Shown: positions 1-14,419 of the stretch, piece by piece | How the letters are laid out: each line of letters opens with the position of its first letter | Numbering within the stretch: position 1 is the first letter of the stretch | Source of the DNA: the human T2T-CHM13v2.0 reference genome, Homo sapiens | Assembly (NCBI RefSeq): GCF_009914755.1 | Contig: NC_060938.1 | Direction: 5' to 3' (one strand) | Length of the DNA: 64,000 nucleotides | Notes under the pieces: model-generated | What the model saw: the letters and a program-made list of their open reading frames with translations, nothing else | Told to the model about the DNA's origin: nothing | Databases searched by the model: none | Made by a program: the position numbers and the translations under genes

Positions 1-2154
1 GCCCTCTCATTATACCCCAACTGCACGGATAATACAAAATGAGAGCAAGAAATAAGAGATAGTGAGGACACAACCACAGTATCCACTATACAATCCTAAC
101 TGGCTAGTCTTTTTCTACATTTCAATAAATTGTTGTAAGTCTACATCATCCTTTAATCCACAAAATGTTCTAGGATCTTTCCAACAGCTACTCCCCTAGA
201 TTCCTCCTCTACATTCCATGAACATAAGCAGACTTGTAGTCCTTCCTCATATTTCACGGAGTAAGCAGACTGTGAAAGCAGGCTTCAAACTGTAAATCAA
301 AGTTAAAGTAAGAAAAGGCACCACCAATTATAACCAAGTATTTCATATACTAGCTTATCAAACATAGATTCCTGGACTCATACACTGACATGCTACAACA
401 CTGGCATTCCAAAAGGGATACACAGATAGTGAGAGAGGGAAAAATAAGTGGCTCCACATTTCTGAGCACAGCCAGCCTGTCCAGACCCTGTGGGCATTTT
501 CCTTGGGGGCAGGTACCTGAGCAGCAGAGCATAATTCCGCCTTTTTCATAAACTGGTAGCAATATTCATCTGTGTGGTGCCAACCTGTCCAGATACATGC
601 TCAGTGGAAGACTGTGACACTAATGATTATTACATTAATACAAAAAAATGCTTTGGCTCATATCCTCAAGGAGACATTATTTTCTGGAAGAGGGCAAATT
701 AATAGTACATATTTTAGTTGCTATGTGTCTAATGTACATTTTGCCAACTAAAACAAACTGCATAAAAACCCTACCCTGGAAACAAAAGATCTATAAAGGA
801 AGAAAACAAAGAAAATGCCTATTTAAGAACAGAATATGGTTCAGTTTGAGCAATTCATTTCAAAAAGAGAAAATCATCATCAAAATAAGCAGTCATCTAC
901 ACACATAACCATGACATTCAACTAAATATCCTTTTATCTTTGTTTATGTGACAACACTTATTTTCACTTTCAAATGGACTTCTGTGTTCTGAACCCTGAT
1001 TTATAAATGATATATGTAGCAAAGTTTCATAAAATTCATCAACCAGCAAAGCAAAGCTTTTAAAATCTCATTAAAACATGATTTGTTTGTCTAGTAACCA
1101 AAATACATTTTCTAATTTAAACTCAAAAAGCTTAATTAATTTAAATGCCACCTTGATTACCTCTACTATTGATCCAATGAAAGAATTTACTAACATGCTG
1201 AAAGAGTTGAATGCTAGTCTGTTTGCTTTTTTGTTATTTAGCACACTATAAAAATCACTGGATAATGTAAGAATCATGGTTTTGTGCTCCAAGCTAGAAA
1301 ATTTCTCACATAGCCATTATTACTGGGTAGAATTATAGAATCTTGTCAACTTTCATTCACAAATTTTTACTAATAAACATGTTGTCTTTTAAGAAGAAAT
1401 TGTTTTCACTCTCAAAATATTTTTCCCTCTAGTCTCCCTCGCAAAGGTCAAAGAAAAGTCTTAGATAAAAGAGGCAACAGCTTGGAAGTCTTAGTATATT
1501 CTCTCTCTTGCAGACCTCTTGTTTCTCATTTCTTATGAGAACTTATACTTTCAGTGAAAACATGCTTTCCAAAAATGAATTTTGCTAAATGGTGCAAAGA
1601 AAAGTCATAGTTTGAGTAAATTTGTTTTCTAATTATGAAAGGCAGCTGATAGCATAGGACAATTGAGGCAATTATAGTGATTTTTATTAATTTGCTATTA
1701 CTATTAGCACTTTAGTAAACATCCTTCTTTGAGAAATGAAGATATTTTTCAGTTACCATAAATAATGGCTGATATTTCAAGTAATTTGGTTACTGATCTG
1801 AGTTGGAGGCTGGAGGCCTAGGTCAGGCTGAAAGTAGAGTATACTGACCAGAGGTCCAGAGTATAGACACAAGGTTTATCAAGACACTATGTCTACGCAG
1901 TCTAGTGGAGGCATTACAACATGGGGACTAGGCACAGAGACAGAGGCCATGTGTGAGCTGGAAATGTTAGACAAGAATATATGGCAGAGATGAAGAGAAT
2001 TTGAAATGGAATGGTCCCCTAAACCTCATTGCAATTCCAAGATGCCCTTTTAAGAACACCTGAGACTGCTGGCAGTAGATAGGGAGGGCCTATTTAGAGT
2101 GGCAAGCTGCCTCAGATATACATAAGAAGCTCACAGGAGTCTCTGCTTGGATTA

Positions 2155-2381
2155 CAGGTTGAGTATCCATTATCCAAAATGCTTGGGGCCAGAAGTGTTT
2201 TGAAGTTCAGATTTTTTTAGGATTTTGGAATATGTGCATTATACTTACTGGTTCAGCATCCCTAATCCAAAAATCTGAAATCTGAAATGCTCCAGTGAAC
2301 ATTTCCTCTGAGTGCCACATCAACACTCAAAAAATTGTGGATTTTGGAGCATTTGGAATTTTGGATTTTCAGAATGTGATG
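2155..2381 (+). mobile_element. Tigger4a (MER46/Zombi-type) Tc-Mar MITE
   Basis: TA then CAGGTTGAGTATCC terminal repeat; typical GATTTTGGA / AAATCTGAAAT internal repeats; right TIR truncated. Confidence 0.85.
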
Positions 2382-3764
2382 GCTTTAGGCTGTCTTGAAT
2401 AGGAAGAGAGGGCCTAGAAACAGTTACTGGAATCCCAATTCCTATCTGCAAATTCATAAATAGGTGTTTTCAGTGTGAATCTCTTAAAAAAAAAACAACT
2501 TAGATTGGTCATTCTCATCTTCTGGGAGAGAAAGGTGCTTTTCATGATCTCATAAAAAAGCCTCTAATGAAGTTCACTTTCCTCCTATTAGGTATTGGGA
2601 AAAATATATTAAACTTATAACAATAAAGACTTATTCTTTAGAGAAAATTTATCATTTTGACAAAGGTATTAAACTCTTTCAGTGAAAACAAAGTTGCCTT
2701 AGGTATAGGTTCAGAAGACTGAAAAAAATTCAAAGTTCAGGTTGAGTATCCCTACTTTACGGTTTTCCTACAGATTCAAGCAAAAATGACTCTCTGCTCT
2801 TTTAAATACAACCAACTCTTTCCCTGTAGACCCAAGTAGGTAAATAACATAATAATTAGTTGATCATCATCATTTCTTTTTAAAAAAAAAAAACATAGTA
2901 TTTATGAAATCAAATAGCCTTTGCTTCAAGTTTCAAACATCTTTGAAAACATAGTTAAATTTGATGATCACATTCTCTTTGAAATATAAACCAGCTTTTT
3001 AAAATCCCTTCCTTTTGAAATGCAATAAAAATCTGAAAATGCATTTTTCATCAGAAAGAAATTTTCATTAAAAGTGCAGATGGACTACATCTTACAGAAC
3101 ACTGGCATTTCTGGAAAAATAATCTAGGAAATACAGACATCTACTATACTTACTGACTTTATTCATAATATTCAAAGACATAGGACATTGAGGTGATTGC
3201 AGCTCTTGCAGCTAAAAGGGAAGAAATTAATTTACTCGGATTCCTGACTTTAGCAAATAAAAACAAAAGAAATTAAGTGACTCTCTCAAGGTCACAGTTA
3301 GTAAATTGAGGAAATAACATTAGAATCCAAATTCTATGCTTCCTAATGAAGTATTTCTTCTAAAATGTTACTTTTAAATTGGTTGTAGATAACTGAAAAT
3401 AAGGTTTATGATCACCACAAATATTTTTGAATTACTTATTTTAGAGAATTGTCTATTTCAAATCAAATAATATATATTATACTCAAAAAAAGTTGCAATG
3501 GTATCTGTGGGACTTCAAAAATTAAAGAAGAAGGGGTTGCTAAGGAGTCATTCTGCTTATATCACATCCCCTTTCTGCTACTCTCCTGCAGAACGGAATG
3601 TGTATCAGTAGATACAGAATAAGACCAAAATGAATCAAATCCAAAAATTTAAGATCAAACGTGGCTTAAGCAAAAGAAAAATAAAAACAAGAAAAAAATT
3701 GGAAAGTAGAATGGATACAAGAAATGGGCACCTTCATGATGTAAGATAGCAACAATTAACAACA

Positions 3765-4088
3765 CAAGCATACCTAGGAGACACTGCAGGTTGGGTTCCA
3801 GACCACTGCAGTAAAGTGAATATCACAGTGAAACAATTTGTATGAATTTTCTGGCTTCCCAGTACATATAAAAGTTATGTTTACACTATACTGTAGTGTG
3901 AAATAGCATAATGTCTAAAAAATATACAAATAGCTTAATTTAAAAATATTTTATTCCTTAAAAATGCTAACAATCATCTGAGGCTTCAGCAAGTCATCTA
4001 TTTGCTTGTAGAATATCCTGTCTCAATATTGGTGGCTGCTGACTGATCAGAGTGGTGGTTGATAAAGGCTGGTGTGGCTGTGGCAATA
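3765..4088 (-). mobile_element. Tigger1 DNA transposon, 3' end fragment
   Basis: CAAGCATACCTAGGAGACACTGCAGGTTGGGTTCCAGACCAC resembles the reverse complement of the Tigger1 terminus. Confidence 0.85.
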
Positions 4089-5336
4089 AGAAAAATGATG
4101 GGTAAAATATTTCAAGATGCCAACTCAAGGTATGAAAGAATTACCAGGGCCCCCACTTGACTACCCCTAAACATCTATTTTTGTCCTCCTTTCTCTGGGA
4201 AACTATCAAAACTGCTGCCTCATCTATCTCTTCCTGAATAACCAAAGGCCCCCTAAGGGAAAAGTTGTCCCATACTTACTTGCCTATCTGGGTTTCCATC
4301 TTCTGCCAGATCTTAGTCTCATAATTAATTCTTCTCAATCCTTGTTAGATTTTTAAGTATACATATAAAACTGGGTAGCAGGGCTGATACTTTACTATTC
4401 CCCAATGGGAGGGCTGTTCCAGAGAACCAGGTCTACCATAACTGGAACTAGAAGTCAACAGAAAAATTTCTTAAAATTTCATGTCCCTAGCCCTCATGCT
4501 CTCCTGGCTACAAATAGCAGTTTCCCTCAAAGTCTCTTTCCCATCCACCCTGCAAACTTTTCAGCAAAACATTTTCAAATTCTTCTGGAAACAAGCTAGT
4601 TTTCCCTTCTTTCACGTCTCTTATTTTTCCTCACCAACAACTCTCTGTTTAAATAAGCTAGCCTCTCTATTTCCTTGAGCTCGCCCTTTCAACCATCACT
4701 TTGATCATCACAAAAAACAAGGACAAGAAGCAGATTCTCTGCCTGGTGGGAATATGGGTAGTTTTTATATCTTTATTGTTATCTGTATTTTCTAAAGTTT
4801 CTGCAACAAATGTGAATTTTTTAAATAATCACTTTTAATGTTGTAATGCTTAACAGATCTCAGAGCATATGCTATTATTTCCTACCTATGCATAATTTGG
4901 TATTTACTTGTGCTAAATCAAGTCAGCATGATCTATTTGTACAAGTGAATTCCCTGTTTCCTTAGGACTTTAAAACTCTGCAGCTGCTGTCATGTAGAAA
5001 ACGAATTCCCATACAGGTATCCTTGCTTTAATAACAGACTCACAATTCTGTTTCCAGGCTTCCCTCTTAGCTTTCACTTTTATTTATTCGGCACTCCTTT
5101 TCCCTTTTCTCAGTAGTGTAATGGAGATATCATTTTTTAAAATATTTTCAGATGCATTTTGATATCATGTAAATAACATTGTCCTGTGACTCACTGCCCA
5201 CTCCTTGACCTAGAAAGGACTGACACCAACTGGAACAGTATACTTACTGCTCAGCACTGACTGAGAAATTAGATTTTTAAAAAATCCCTAAGAAGATAAT
5301 GGTCTAGAAAGCAAGCCTTGACAGAAAAAGAAACTC

Positions 5337-5623
5337 TTTTTTTTTTTTTTTTGAAACAGTGTCTTGCTCTGTGGCCCAGGCTGAATTGCATCATGGCTCA
5401 CCACAGCCTAGAACTCCTCAACTCAAGCCATCTTCCTGCCTCAGCCTCCCCAGTAGCTGGACTATGGGCAGGTGCCACCACACCTGGCTAATTTTTTACT
5501 TTTTCTTCTGTAGATACAGGGTCATATGTTGCCCAGGATGGTCTCGAACTCTTGGCCTCATGCAATCCTTCCACCTAGGCCTCCCAAGTGCTGGGATTAC
5601 AAGCATGAGCCACTGCACCTAGC
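5337..5623 (-). mobile_element. Alu (AluJ-age)
   Basis: Poly-T, then a diverged antisense Alu dimer ending GAGCCACTGCACCTAGC. Confidence 0.9.
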
Positions 5624-5631
5624 TTTTGTAA

Positions 5632-5925
5632 TTTATTTAGTTTTTTAGAGATAGGATCTCACTCTGTCACCCGGAAGTGCAGTGGTGCAATTATGAATCG
5701 CTACAGCCTCAAACTTCTGGGCTCAAGTGGTCCTCCTACTTCATCCTCCTGAGTAGCTGGGACTAAAGGTGTGTACCACATAGCCATGCTAATTTTTAAA
5801 AGTTTTTTAGAGATGAGGTCTTGCTATGTTACCCAGGCTGGTCACAAATTCCCAGCCTCAAATGATCCTCCTGCCTAGGCCTCCCAAGGTGCTGGGATCA
5901 TAGGCATGAGCCACCCCACCTGGCC
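5632..5925 (-). mobile_element. Alu (AluJ-age), tandem with the previous Alu
   Basis: Second diverged antisense Alu dimer ending CCACCTGGCC. Confidence 0.9.
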
Positions 5926-6515
5926 TGTTTTATAAATTCTTAAAGCTCCAATTAACATATCAAGAGCTAAGCCTCAGTCTCTGGATATGAGGAGAGATAG
6001 CTTGGGCTGTGATATTAAGCTGTTCCTGCCACACCAAAAGCAGGAGACCCTGCCCATTGAGGCCCCATAGACTGCAGAAGGGAGAGGGAGACAGAAATAA
6101 ATGAAAACATAAAGACATACACCTGGCATAAAATTTCAGGGAGGAGGTATATAAGAGAAATTGAGAAATCTTGTGTGACATACCCCATTTGGAACTCTGG
6201 AAACTAGAACACAGGATAGCCCCACACAAATGCAAGATGCTACATCAAAGCGATGTCAGTGACATGACATAAACAGGTAGAGAGAGGACTAGAATAAGCA
6301 CTCCTTAGCCTCCCTTCACTGTTAGGTGATATAGAAGGGACCTTAAAGTCACTGCAAGTCCAGGGAAAGGAGCTGAGATGAAGGCCTGTGGAACTCTCAT
6401 GGAACCATACTGGTGATGAGCAATGACTGTTCCAGCAGCTGTAAACTTGATAGTCACAGGCTGGGTGGAGAGCATGGTTTAGACTCAAAGAGCACTACAG
6501 TTCAGTGACAACCAT

Positions 6516-7062
6516 TGTAAGGTACATGGCTGTGCTTTGGTCAAAGAATAGGCCCAGGTAAACATCCTGCATGACTCAGTGAGTTTATAACATAGGCGCA
6601 CAATTCCATGTAAAATGTAAACACAGCTATGTAGTCATAACATGGGAAGGCCATCACTTGGCTCTAGGCCACTATTGTCTGTAAAAGGTATAATTGCCCT
6701 GCTGACACGGTACAGGCATACTCACACCCAGAGAGAGAAAGAGATAGAGGGCCAAAACGGTCCATCTTTGAAGACGGACAGTGGGGAGCCAGGACACAGC
6801 TCGGCTTATTTGCACCCAGAGGGAAAGATTTAAGCTGCTGACCCTGAAGTCAAGAGAGAGCCAGCTGTGCAGCTGTGCATGAGAGTGGCCAGAGCAGGCA
6901 GCCACAGAGACAGGGACAGACAGACAGCGTAAGAGGGCTACTAAATAAAGCCATATTTCACCTACCTCTGGACCCCCGAGTGTTCTTTCAGCTATCTGTC
7001 ACTCATCCACCCATTTCCTTCCAGACCTCAGCATGAGCTGGAACCCGACCCTGGACCTGACA
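6516..7062 (+). mobile_element. Solo LTR18-family (ERV-L) LTR
   Basis: TGTAAGGTACATGG...CCTGACA with TG/CA ends, internal AATAAA, perfect 5-bp TSD ACCAT at 6511-6515 and 7063-7067. Confidence 0.85.
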
Positions 7063-7321
7063 ACCATGGTGGTGCCAAATCTACAAGGGTGACCAAGCTC
7101 TGCCTGATGCAAGAAAATAAAGTGCGATTTTGTCTGCCACACTTTGGCAGACCCCACTCCAAGGGGCCAAAACCTGTATCATGATGTATATACTGCAGTA
7201 GGAACCAAAAAGGCGCAAAGGAAAGCAAAAAACCTCCTGGTAGATTCAAGGTTCTTCCTACCCAGCTCCACAAGGTGCTTTCATTGTCCCCACATACCAG
7301 GCACCAACCATCTCAAAGTGG

Positions 7322-7460
7322 TATCTACACCCCCATGTTCATAACAGCATTATTCACAATAGCCAAGATGTGGAAACAACCTAAGTGTCTGTTGAATGAA
7401 TGAACAAAGAAAATGTGGTATATACACACAATGGAATATTATTCAGACTTAAAGAAGGAG
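7322..7460 (+). mobile_element. Old L1 (L1M) ORF2 3' fragment
   Basis: CAGCATTATTCACAATAGCCAAGATGTGGAAACAACCTAAGTGTC L1 motif. Confidence 0.8.
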
Positions 7461-7649
7461 AAAAAAGAGGAATGGGAATATGAATCTCTGAGCATTTACA
7501 AAAAGAGAATGAATTTTTTAAAAGATACTATTTAAACTGGCAGAGACTCAGACTCAATTGATTCAAAAGTTAGGTTTCTTCCTTTTTATCTCCACCATTG
7601 GATAACGGGGTTCATGAGAAAAACTGTACCTGTTGTAGAAAACAAACAT

Positions 7650-8760
7650 TTATTAAGCCCAAAAATATACCTACTCATATATAAACATTTGATTTATGAC
7701 AAAGATGGCACTGCAAAGTGGTGGGAAAAGATCTTCTTTTCAATTTATATAGCTGAAACAATTAGATTATCTTATGAGGAAAAACAGAGCTTGACCCCTA
7801 CATTGTTCCATACACACATATCAATTTTAGATGGTGAAACAAGATGTCTTTTAGAACTGTGTTGCTCAATTTGATAGCCACTAGCCACATGTGGCTATTA
7901 AACACTTGAAATTGACAAGTATGAATTCTACTGTGGCTATAAGTGTGAAATGCACATCAGATTTCAAAGTCTCAGTATGATTTATAAAATGTAAAATACT
8001 GATAATTTTTACATTGAATAAATGTTGAAATGCTAATATTTTGGGTACATTGGGTAAAATAAAATACATTGTTTAAATTCACTTGATTCTACTTTTTTAA
8101 GTATGAAAAATTTTAAGCGAAATATGTGGCTCTCACTATATTTCTCTTGGACAGCTCTAAGATATAAGGTATTATTGGAGAATATCTTCTTAACTCAAGT
8201 TAGGAAAAGATTATTTAAATGGGACAGAAAATTCACTAATCATAGTGAAAAAGAATGATAAATTTTACTACACTAAAATTAAAACTCTTGTTCATCAAAA
8301 TGCACTATTAGGAAAATTAAAGGTAAGCCACAGAGGGGGAAAATATTTTGGCAACACAAAAAACTAGCAAAGGGTCAGTAGACAAAATGTTTTTTAAAAA
8401 GTCTGCTACAAATCAGTAAGAAAAAGAAAGACAATACAATTTTTAATAGACAAGATAATTTAACAGGAAATTTATAAAGAGCAAATCTGAATGGTCAATA
8501 AGCATATGAAAAAATACTCAGCCTTATTATAATCATAAGAATACAAATTTAAACCACAATGAGATATGACTACACATCTACCAGATATGCATAAAACGGA
8601 AAAACTTGACAATGCCGTATTTTGGTCAAGATATTAAATCACAAGAAATCTTCATACAGATTTCAGATTGGTGCAATCAATTTGAAAATTAATTTGCCAT
8701 TATCAACCAAAAGTTGAAGAAAAACACTAAGCAATTTCCTCACCTAGGTATGCACTTAGA
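7650..8760 (+). mobile_element. Very old L1 (L1ME/MC-like) ORF2 remnant interrupted by MER33
   Basis: Degenerate ORF2 motifs (GATTTATGACAAAG, AAACCACAATGAGATA). Confidence 0.65.
7855..8158 (-). mobile_element. MER33 (hAT-Charlie)
   Basis: TAGCCACTAGCCACATGTGGCTATT...TTGGACAGC, about 300 bp. Confidence 0.8.
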
Positions 8761-9666
8761 AATATGCAGATCAAAACCTCAATGAGATAACACCTCTCAC
8801 CTGTGAGATGGCTCTTATCAAAAAAAAAACCAAAAGATAAGTGTTGGCAAGGATGTGAAAGATTGGGATATTTATACACTGTTGGTGAGAATGTAGAATG
8901 GTGTAGTCACTATGGAAAATAGTACGGAAGTTTCTCAGAATGTTAAAAATAAAGCTACTATATGATCCAGCATCTCACTTCTGAGTATATAACCAAGAGA
9001 ATTGAAATCAGGATCTCAAAGAGCTAACTACACCCCCATGTTCATTACAGCATTATTCACAGTAGTCAAAATAGGGAAACAACCTGAATGTCTGTTGGAT
9101 GAATGGATAAAAAAAAAAGTGGCATATACATACAATGGAATATTATTGACACTTAAGGAAGAAAGTTCTGCCATTTGTGGCAACATGGATAAAACGGGAG
9201 GGCATTATGCTAAATAAGATAAGCCAGTCCAGTCACAGAAGGACAAATATGCATGATTCCACTTTTAGGAGGTCTCAGAAATAGTCAAAGTTAGAGGAAG
9301 AAAATATGATGGTGATTGCCAGGGACTGGAGGAAGGAGAAATGTGGAATTTTTGCTCATTGAGTATAGTTTTAGTTACATAAGATGAATAAGTTCTAGAG
9401 AACAGCTGTAAGACATTGTGCCTAAAGTTAAAAATATGGTATTGAGAACTTTAACAGACATTAAAAGGATAGATCTTATGTTAAATGTTCTTACCATAAA
9501 CACACACACACCACAAGAAAAGTTTTGGAATGGACAGATATGTTTAGTGTCTTGATTGTGGCAATGGCATCACATGTGCATGAATATGTCCAAACGCATC
9601 AAAATGTATACATTAAATATGTGCAGTTTTATGTAAATCAGTTATATTTCAATAAAGCCTTAAAAA
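8761..9666 (+). mobile_element. L1MB-like 3' end (ORF2 tail + 3'UTR)
   Basis: ORF 9002..9217 resembles the ORF2 C-terminus; 3'UTR ends CAATAAAGCC + A-run. Confidence 0.8.
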
Positions 9667-10551
9667 TGCTATGGCATACTTACTAGATTTGGAAGTTTTC
9701 TATGCAGCAAGAATTCTTTGACATTTATTTGTCTTAACCATTACTTAAAGGGTATGCCACAGTCATATTTATAAAGTTTCTCTCTAGTTTTATTTTTCTA
9801 ATGAGAATTAAGAATTTAGTATTTGCTAAGGGGCCTCCCAAATTTATTCTATTTTAAAATTTTCTATTAAATATGAATCCTAAGATGTTGAATAAGGCTT
9901 GGACTATCTGAAGTACTTGTTACTCCTATGTCTATAAGATTTACTTCTGGTATGATTTTCTGCTGTTTGTTATATAAGTATTACTTAAAGTTCATGACAA
10001 CGCTAAAATAATTTGTTAAGCCTTTATCTACACTTAATACATTTTTCTGTATTTATGTTATAGTCTATAATTAAAACCACTAGAAAAAAGAGCTAACATT
10101 TTCCTTGCATATTTAAGTAATAGTGTGTTAAGTTTGCCACCCTGCTATAAGTTATTATATAGCCTACTTCTTTCTTGCAACCATTTCAGCTATGATATCC
10201 TGCTCCCTTTACTCTGGGACAAGCTTTCAAGAGATACAAATTTTTGTTATCACTATGTCCATCCAAATAATTCTCAACAATCCAGCCCAACTGTATGTTA
10301 ATATTTAAATACCTAGATATAACCATGATGTTATCAATTAATTTTTAGTCTCTGCATATACGAGCACTATTTCCTCTGCATTCAGGTTGAATATTGCTAA
10401 TTAAAATACTACTTTGAGAATGCATTAAAAAGAAGTTTTAAACTCTCTAAAACTCACAAAAATGTTTGGTATTCAGTTAATTTTTTTAATCAGTAAAATA
10501 TATCAGAGGAATTACTCTCAACCGAAAACCTTAGATTGGGCTCTCACCTGT

Positions 10552-10975
10552 TGTATTACTGTTCTGAGGCTTCCTTAAAACAGTACTACAAACTTAGTGA
10601 CTTAAAACAGCAGAAATTTATTCTCTCACAGTTCTGGAGGACAGAAGTCCAAAAGCAAGATGTTGGCAGAACCACACTCCCTCCAGAAGATATAGAGGAG
10701 AAAACTTCCTTGCCTCTTCCAGGTTCTAGTGGCTGTGGCAATTCTTGGCTTTTTTGGTTTGTAGCCATATCACTCCAATGTTCATCTTTACATAGTATTT
10801 TCCTTTGTATGTCTATGGCTTCTCCTCATCTAGCTCTTATAAGGATATTTGTCATTAGAATTAGGGGCCACTCAGGTAATCTAAGACGATTTCACCTGAA
10901 AACCTTTAACTTAATTACATCTGCAAAGACATTTTTTTCTAAATAAGGTCAAATTAGGTCAAATTCACAGTTCGA
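10552..10975 (-). mobile_element. MLT1B/C-type MaLR solo LTR
   Basis: TGTATTA...AAATTTATTCTCTCACAGTTCTGGAGG...TTAATTACATCTGCAAAGAC. Confidence 0.8.
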
Positions 10976-11961
10976 GAAGGAGATCACCCATTCAATGTTG
11001 TTAGGTCTATTATGAAGGAAAAAAGAAAAATGAACAAGGAAAGAAGGGAAAAGGGAGAGAAGGAGGGAGAAAGGAAAGAAAGATTATAGGAAATTAAAGG
11101 GATACAAGTACAATAGGAGTAATGACATTGTTTTGCATGGGCTTCTATAGTTAAGTCTCTAACAAAAGTTATATATATATATATATACACATATATATGC
11201 ATATACACATTGTCATATCCCACACATTTATTACAGACTTCTAGGAGAACAGTATCTAGGTTTTATTTAACTTTGAATCCCAAGCCCTAACCTAGTTATA
11301 CTTGACATAGTAAACAAGCAGGAAATAATGCAAAAACACTTAATACATATTATATAAAATAAGTCTATAGCTACTTATGGATATAAAATCATTCTGTAGC
11401 TACTTGCAGACCACTAGTTTTGCCTGGGCTCAGAACTGGCTTCAGCAACATCAGTTGTAATTAGTTACAACTGATGTTGTTGACAGATGTTCCTGCTTTA
11501 TTTTGCTTAGTTGCCTGATGTTCTTAAAAATACATTATTTTCCTATAAGACACCTGAAAACCAATCATTGTGTTAAACACTGACAACAAAAACAACAGAA
11601 AATTGAGATCTAGGGAGAGAAAGGAAAAAGTGAAGTAAATGATAAAACAAGATGTGGGTGTTTTTGCTTCAGGAAACGTAAAGGGAAAGTACAAAGGTAA
11701 AGAGAGAAATTGACGAAGTGCTAGTCAAAGCATTCTGACATGTCCTAGAGGATTTTATAAGAAATCCACATGAATAGCACCAACCCATGAATGGTAGAGA
11801 AAAGAGTGGAGACCCTCAAGGAATTGATCACAAGATGGACAAAAAAAATTCTCTTACATAAAGGTAGAATTGGAATGGTTTATCTTACAAAGAGAAAATA
11901 GCCCACCTACATACAACTTCTTGAAGGAAAAAGAAATTGTAATGTCAGAGATATAAAATCA

Positions 11962-12236
11962 GGCCGGCGCGGTGGCTCATGCCCGTAATCCCCACACTTT
12001 GGAAGGCCGCAGCGGGTTTCGAGAACAGCCTGCCCAACATGGCGAAACCCCCGTCTCTACCAAAAATACAAAAAGTAGCTGGGCGTGGTGGGCACGCCTG
12101 TAATCCCAGCTACTCAGGAGGCTGAGGCGGGAGAATCACTTGAACCCCGGAGGCGGAGGTTGCAATGAGCCAAGATCGTGCACTCCAGCCTGGGCGACAG
12201 AGCCAGACTTCGTCTCAAGAAGAAAGGGGAAAAAAA
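11962..12236 (+). mobile_element. AluS-type with about 20-bp deletion in the left arm
   Basis: GGCCGGCGCGGTGGCTCA start; GGATCACCTGAGGTCAGGAG segment absent. Confidence 0.9.
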
Positions 12237-12594
<358 letters not shown>

Positions 12595-12959
12595 CTATCC
12601 TTAGACACGATAAAAAGCACACTTTGAATAAAAATTCAAAACATGATCATTTTGTTATCATTCGAGTGCCAATCACTATCCAGCTAGTATTATGCCTGCT
12701 CATTTGCTCACAGAAATGTGTGTTTGTGCATGTGTGCATGCGTGTGGGTACTGAGTGAACAAAATCATTTCACTCTGTTTCAGTTGCTTGAGATTCCAGT
12801 TAGAAACAACTGTAGTTTCTTTCTTGGTGTGTGTGATTATCTGAAAATTATGTCAATACACAACTTGCTATCATTTTTAGAAAAATTCCTGAGAGATTAT
12901 CCAGTGAGTTAAGAAGGATAAAATTTGCATAAGAATATTGTCACCATCGAAAAACTTAA

Positions 12960-13196
<237 letters not shown>

Positions 13197-13475
13197 ATAT
13201 ATATATACATATATGTGTATATACATATATGACAAAAAAAAACCTAAGAGCAGTAATTATGGGAAAAGGAACGTTCACTGAGCAGAGATCTTAATGATTT
13301 TTTCAGAAAGGTGGAAAGGAAGCAGCAAACTATTATATAAAGCTTCCAGCAAGGCCTGATGTGTAGGTGGTGGCTGATCCATCTAAATGGCCCAGAAGAA
13401 GCACGAGAGTCAAGCCAGAGGTATAAAGAATGGTAATGGAAAGAGGAGCTGAAATCGGTATAAGACTTATAAAAT

Positions 13476-13988
13476 CAGCCATCCCATTAATGGGTATATA
13501 CCCAAAGGACTATAAATCATGCTGCCATAAAGACACATGCACACGTATGTTTACTGCGGCATTATTCACAATAGCAAAGACTTGGAACCAACCCAAGTGT
13601 CCAACAATGATAGACTGGATTAAGAAAATGTGGCACATATACACCATGGAATACTATACAGCCATAAAAAATGATGAGTTCATGTCCTTTGTAGGGACAT
13701 GGATGAAATTGGAAATCATCATTCTCAGTAAACTATCACAAGAACAAAAAACCAAACACCGCGTATTCTCACTCATAGGTGGGAATTGAACAATGAGATC
13801 ACATTGACACAGGAAGGGGAACATCACACTCTGGGGACTGTTGTGGGGTGGGGGGAGGGGGGAAGGATAGCACTGGGAGATATACCTAATGCTAGATGAC
13901 GAGTTAGTGGGTGCAGCGCACCAGCATGGCACATGTATACATATGTAACTAACCTGCACAAGGTGCACATGTACCCTAAAACTTAAAG

Positions 13989-14027
<39 letters not shown>
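13476..14027 (+). mobile_element. Young L1 (L1PA2-like) 3' fragment with (TAA)n tail
   Basis: ORF2 C-terminus (ORF 13430..13789), GCTAGATGACGAGTTAGTGGG 3'UTR. Confidence 0.9.
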
Positions 14028-14028
<1 letters not shown>

Positions 14029-14419
14029 TGGCACATACACACCATGGAATACTATGCAGCCATAAAAAATGATGAGTTCATGTCCTTTGTAGGGACATGG
14101 ATGAAGCTGGAAACCATCATTCTCAGCAAACTATCGCAAGGACAAAAAACCAAACACCACATGTTCTCACTCATAGGTGTGAATTGAACAATGAGAACAC
14201 ATGGACACAGGAAGGGGAACATCACACACCGGGACCTGCTGTGGGGTGGGGAGAGGGGGGAGGGATAGCATTAGGAGATATACCTAATGTTAAATGACAA
14301 GTTAATGGGTGCAGCACACCAACATGGCACATGTATACATATGTAACTAATCCGCACATTGTGCACATGTACCCTACAACTTAAAGTATAATTAAAAAGA
14401 AAAGGAAAGAAAAAAAAAA
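14025..14419 (+). mobile_element. L1PA4-like 3' fragment
   Basis: GAAGCTGGAAACC, GAGAACACATGG and TAATGTTAAATGAC diagnostics; A-rich tail. Confidence 0.85.

Noticed and set aside
6506-7067. 10-bp direct repeat TGACAACCAT around LTR18
   Set aside because: Explained by the 5-bp TSD plus a likely chance match of the flank to the LTR's TGACA end.
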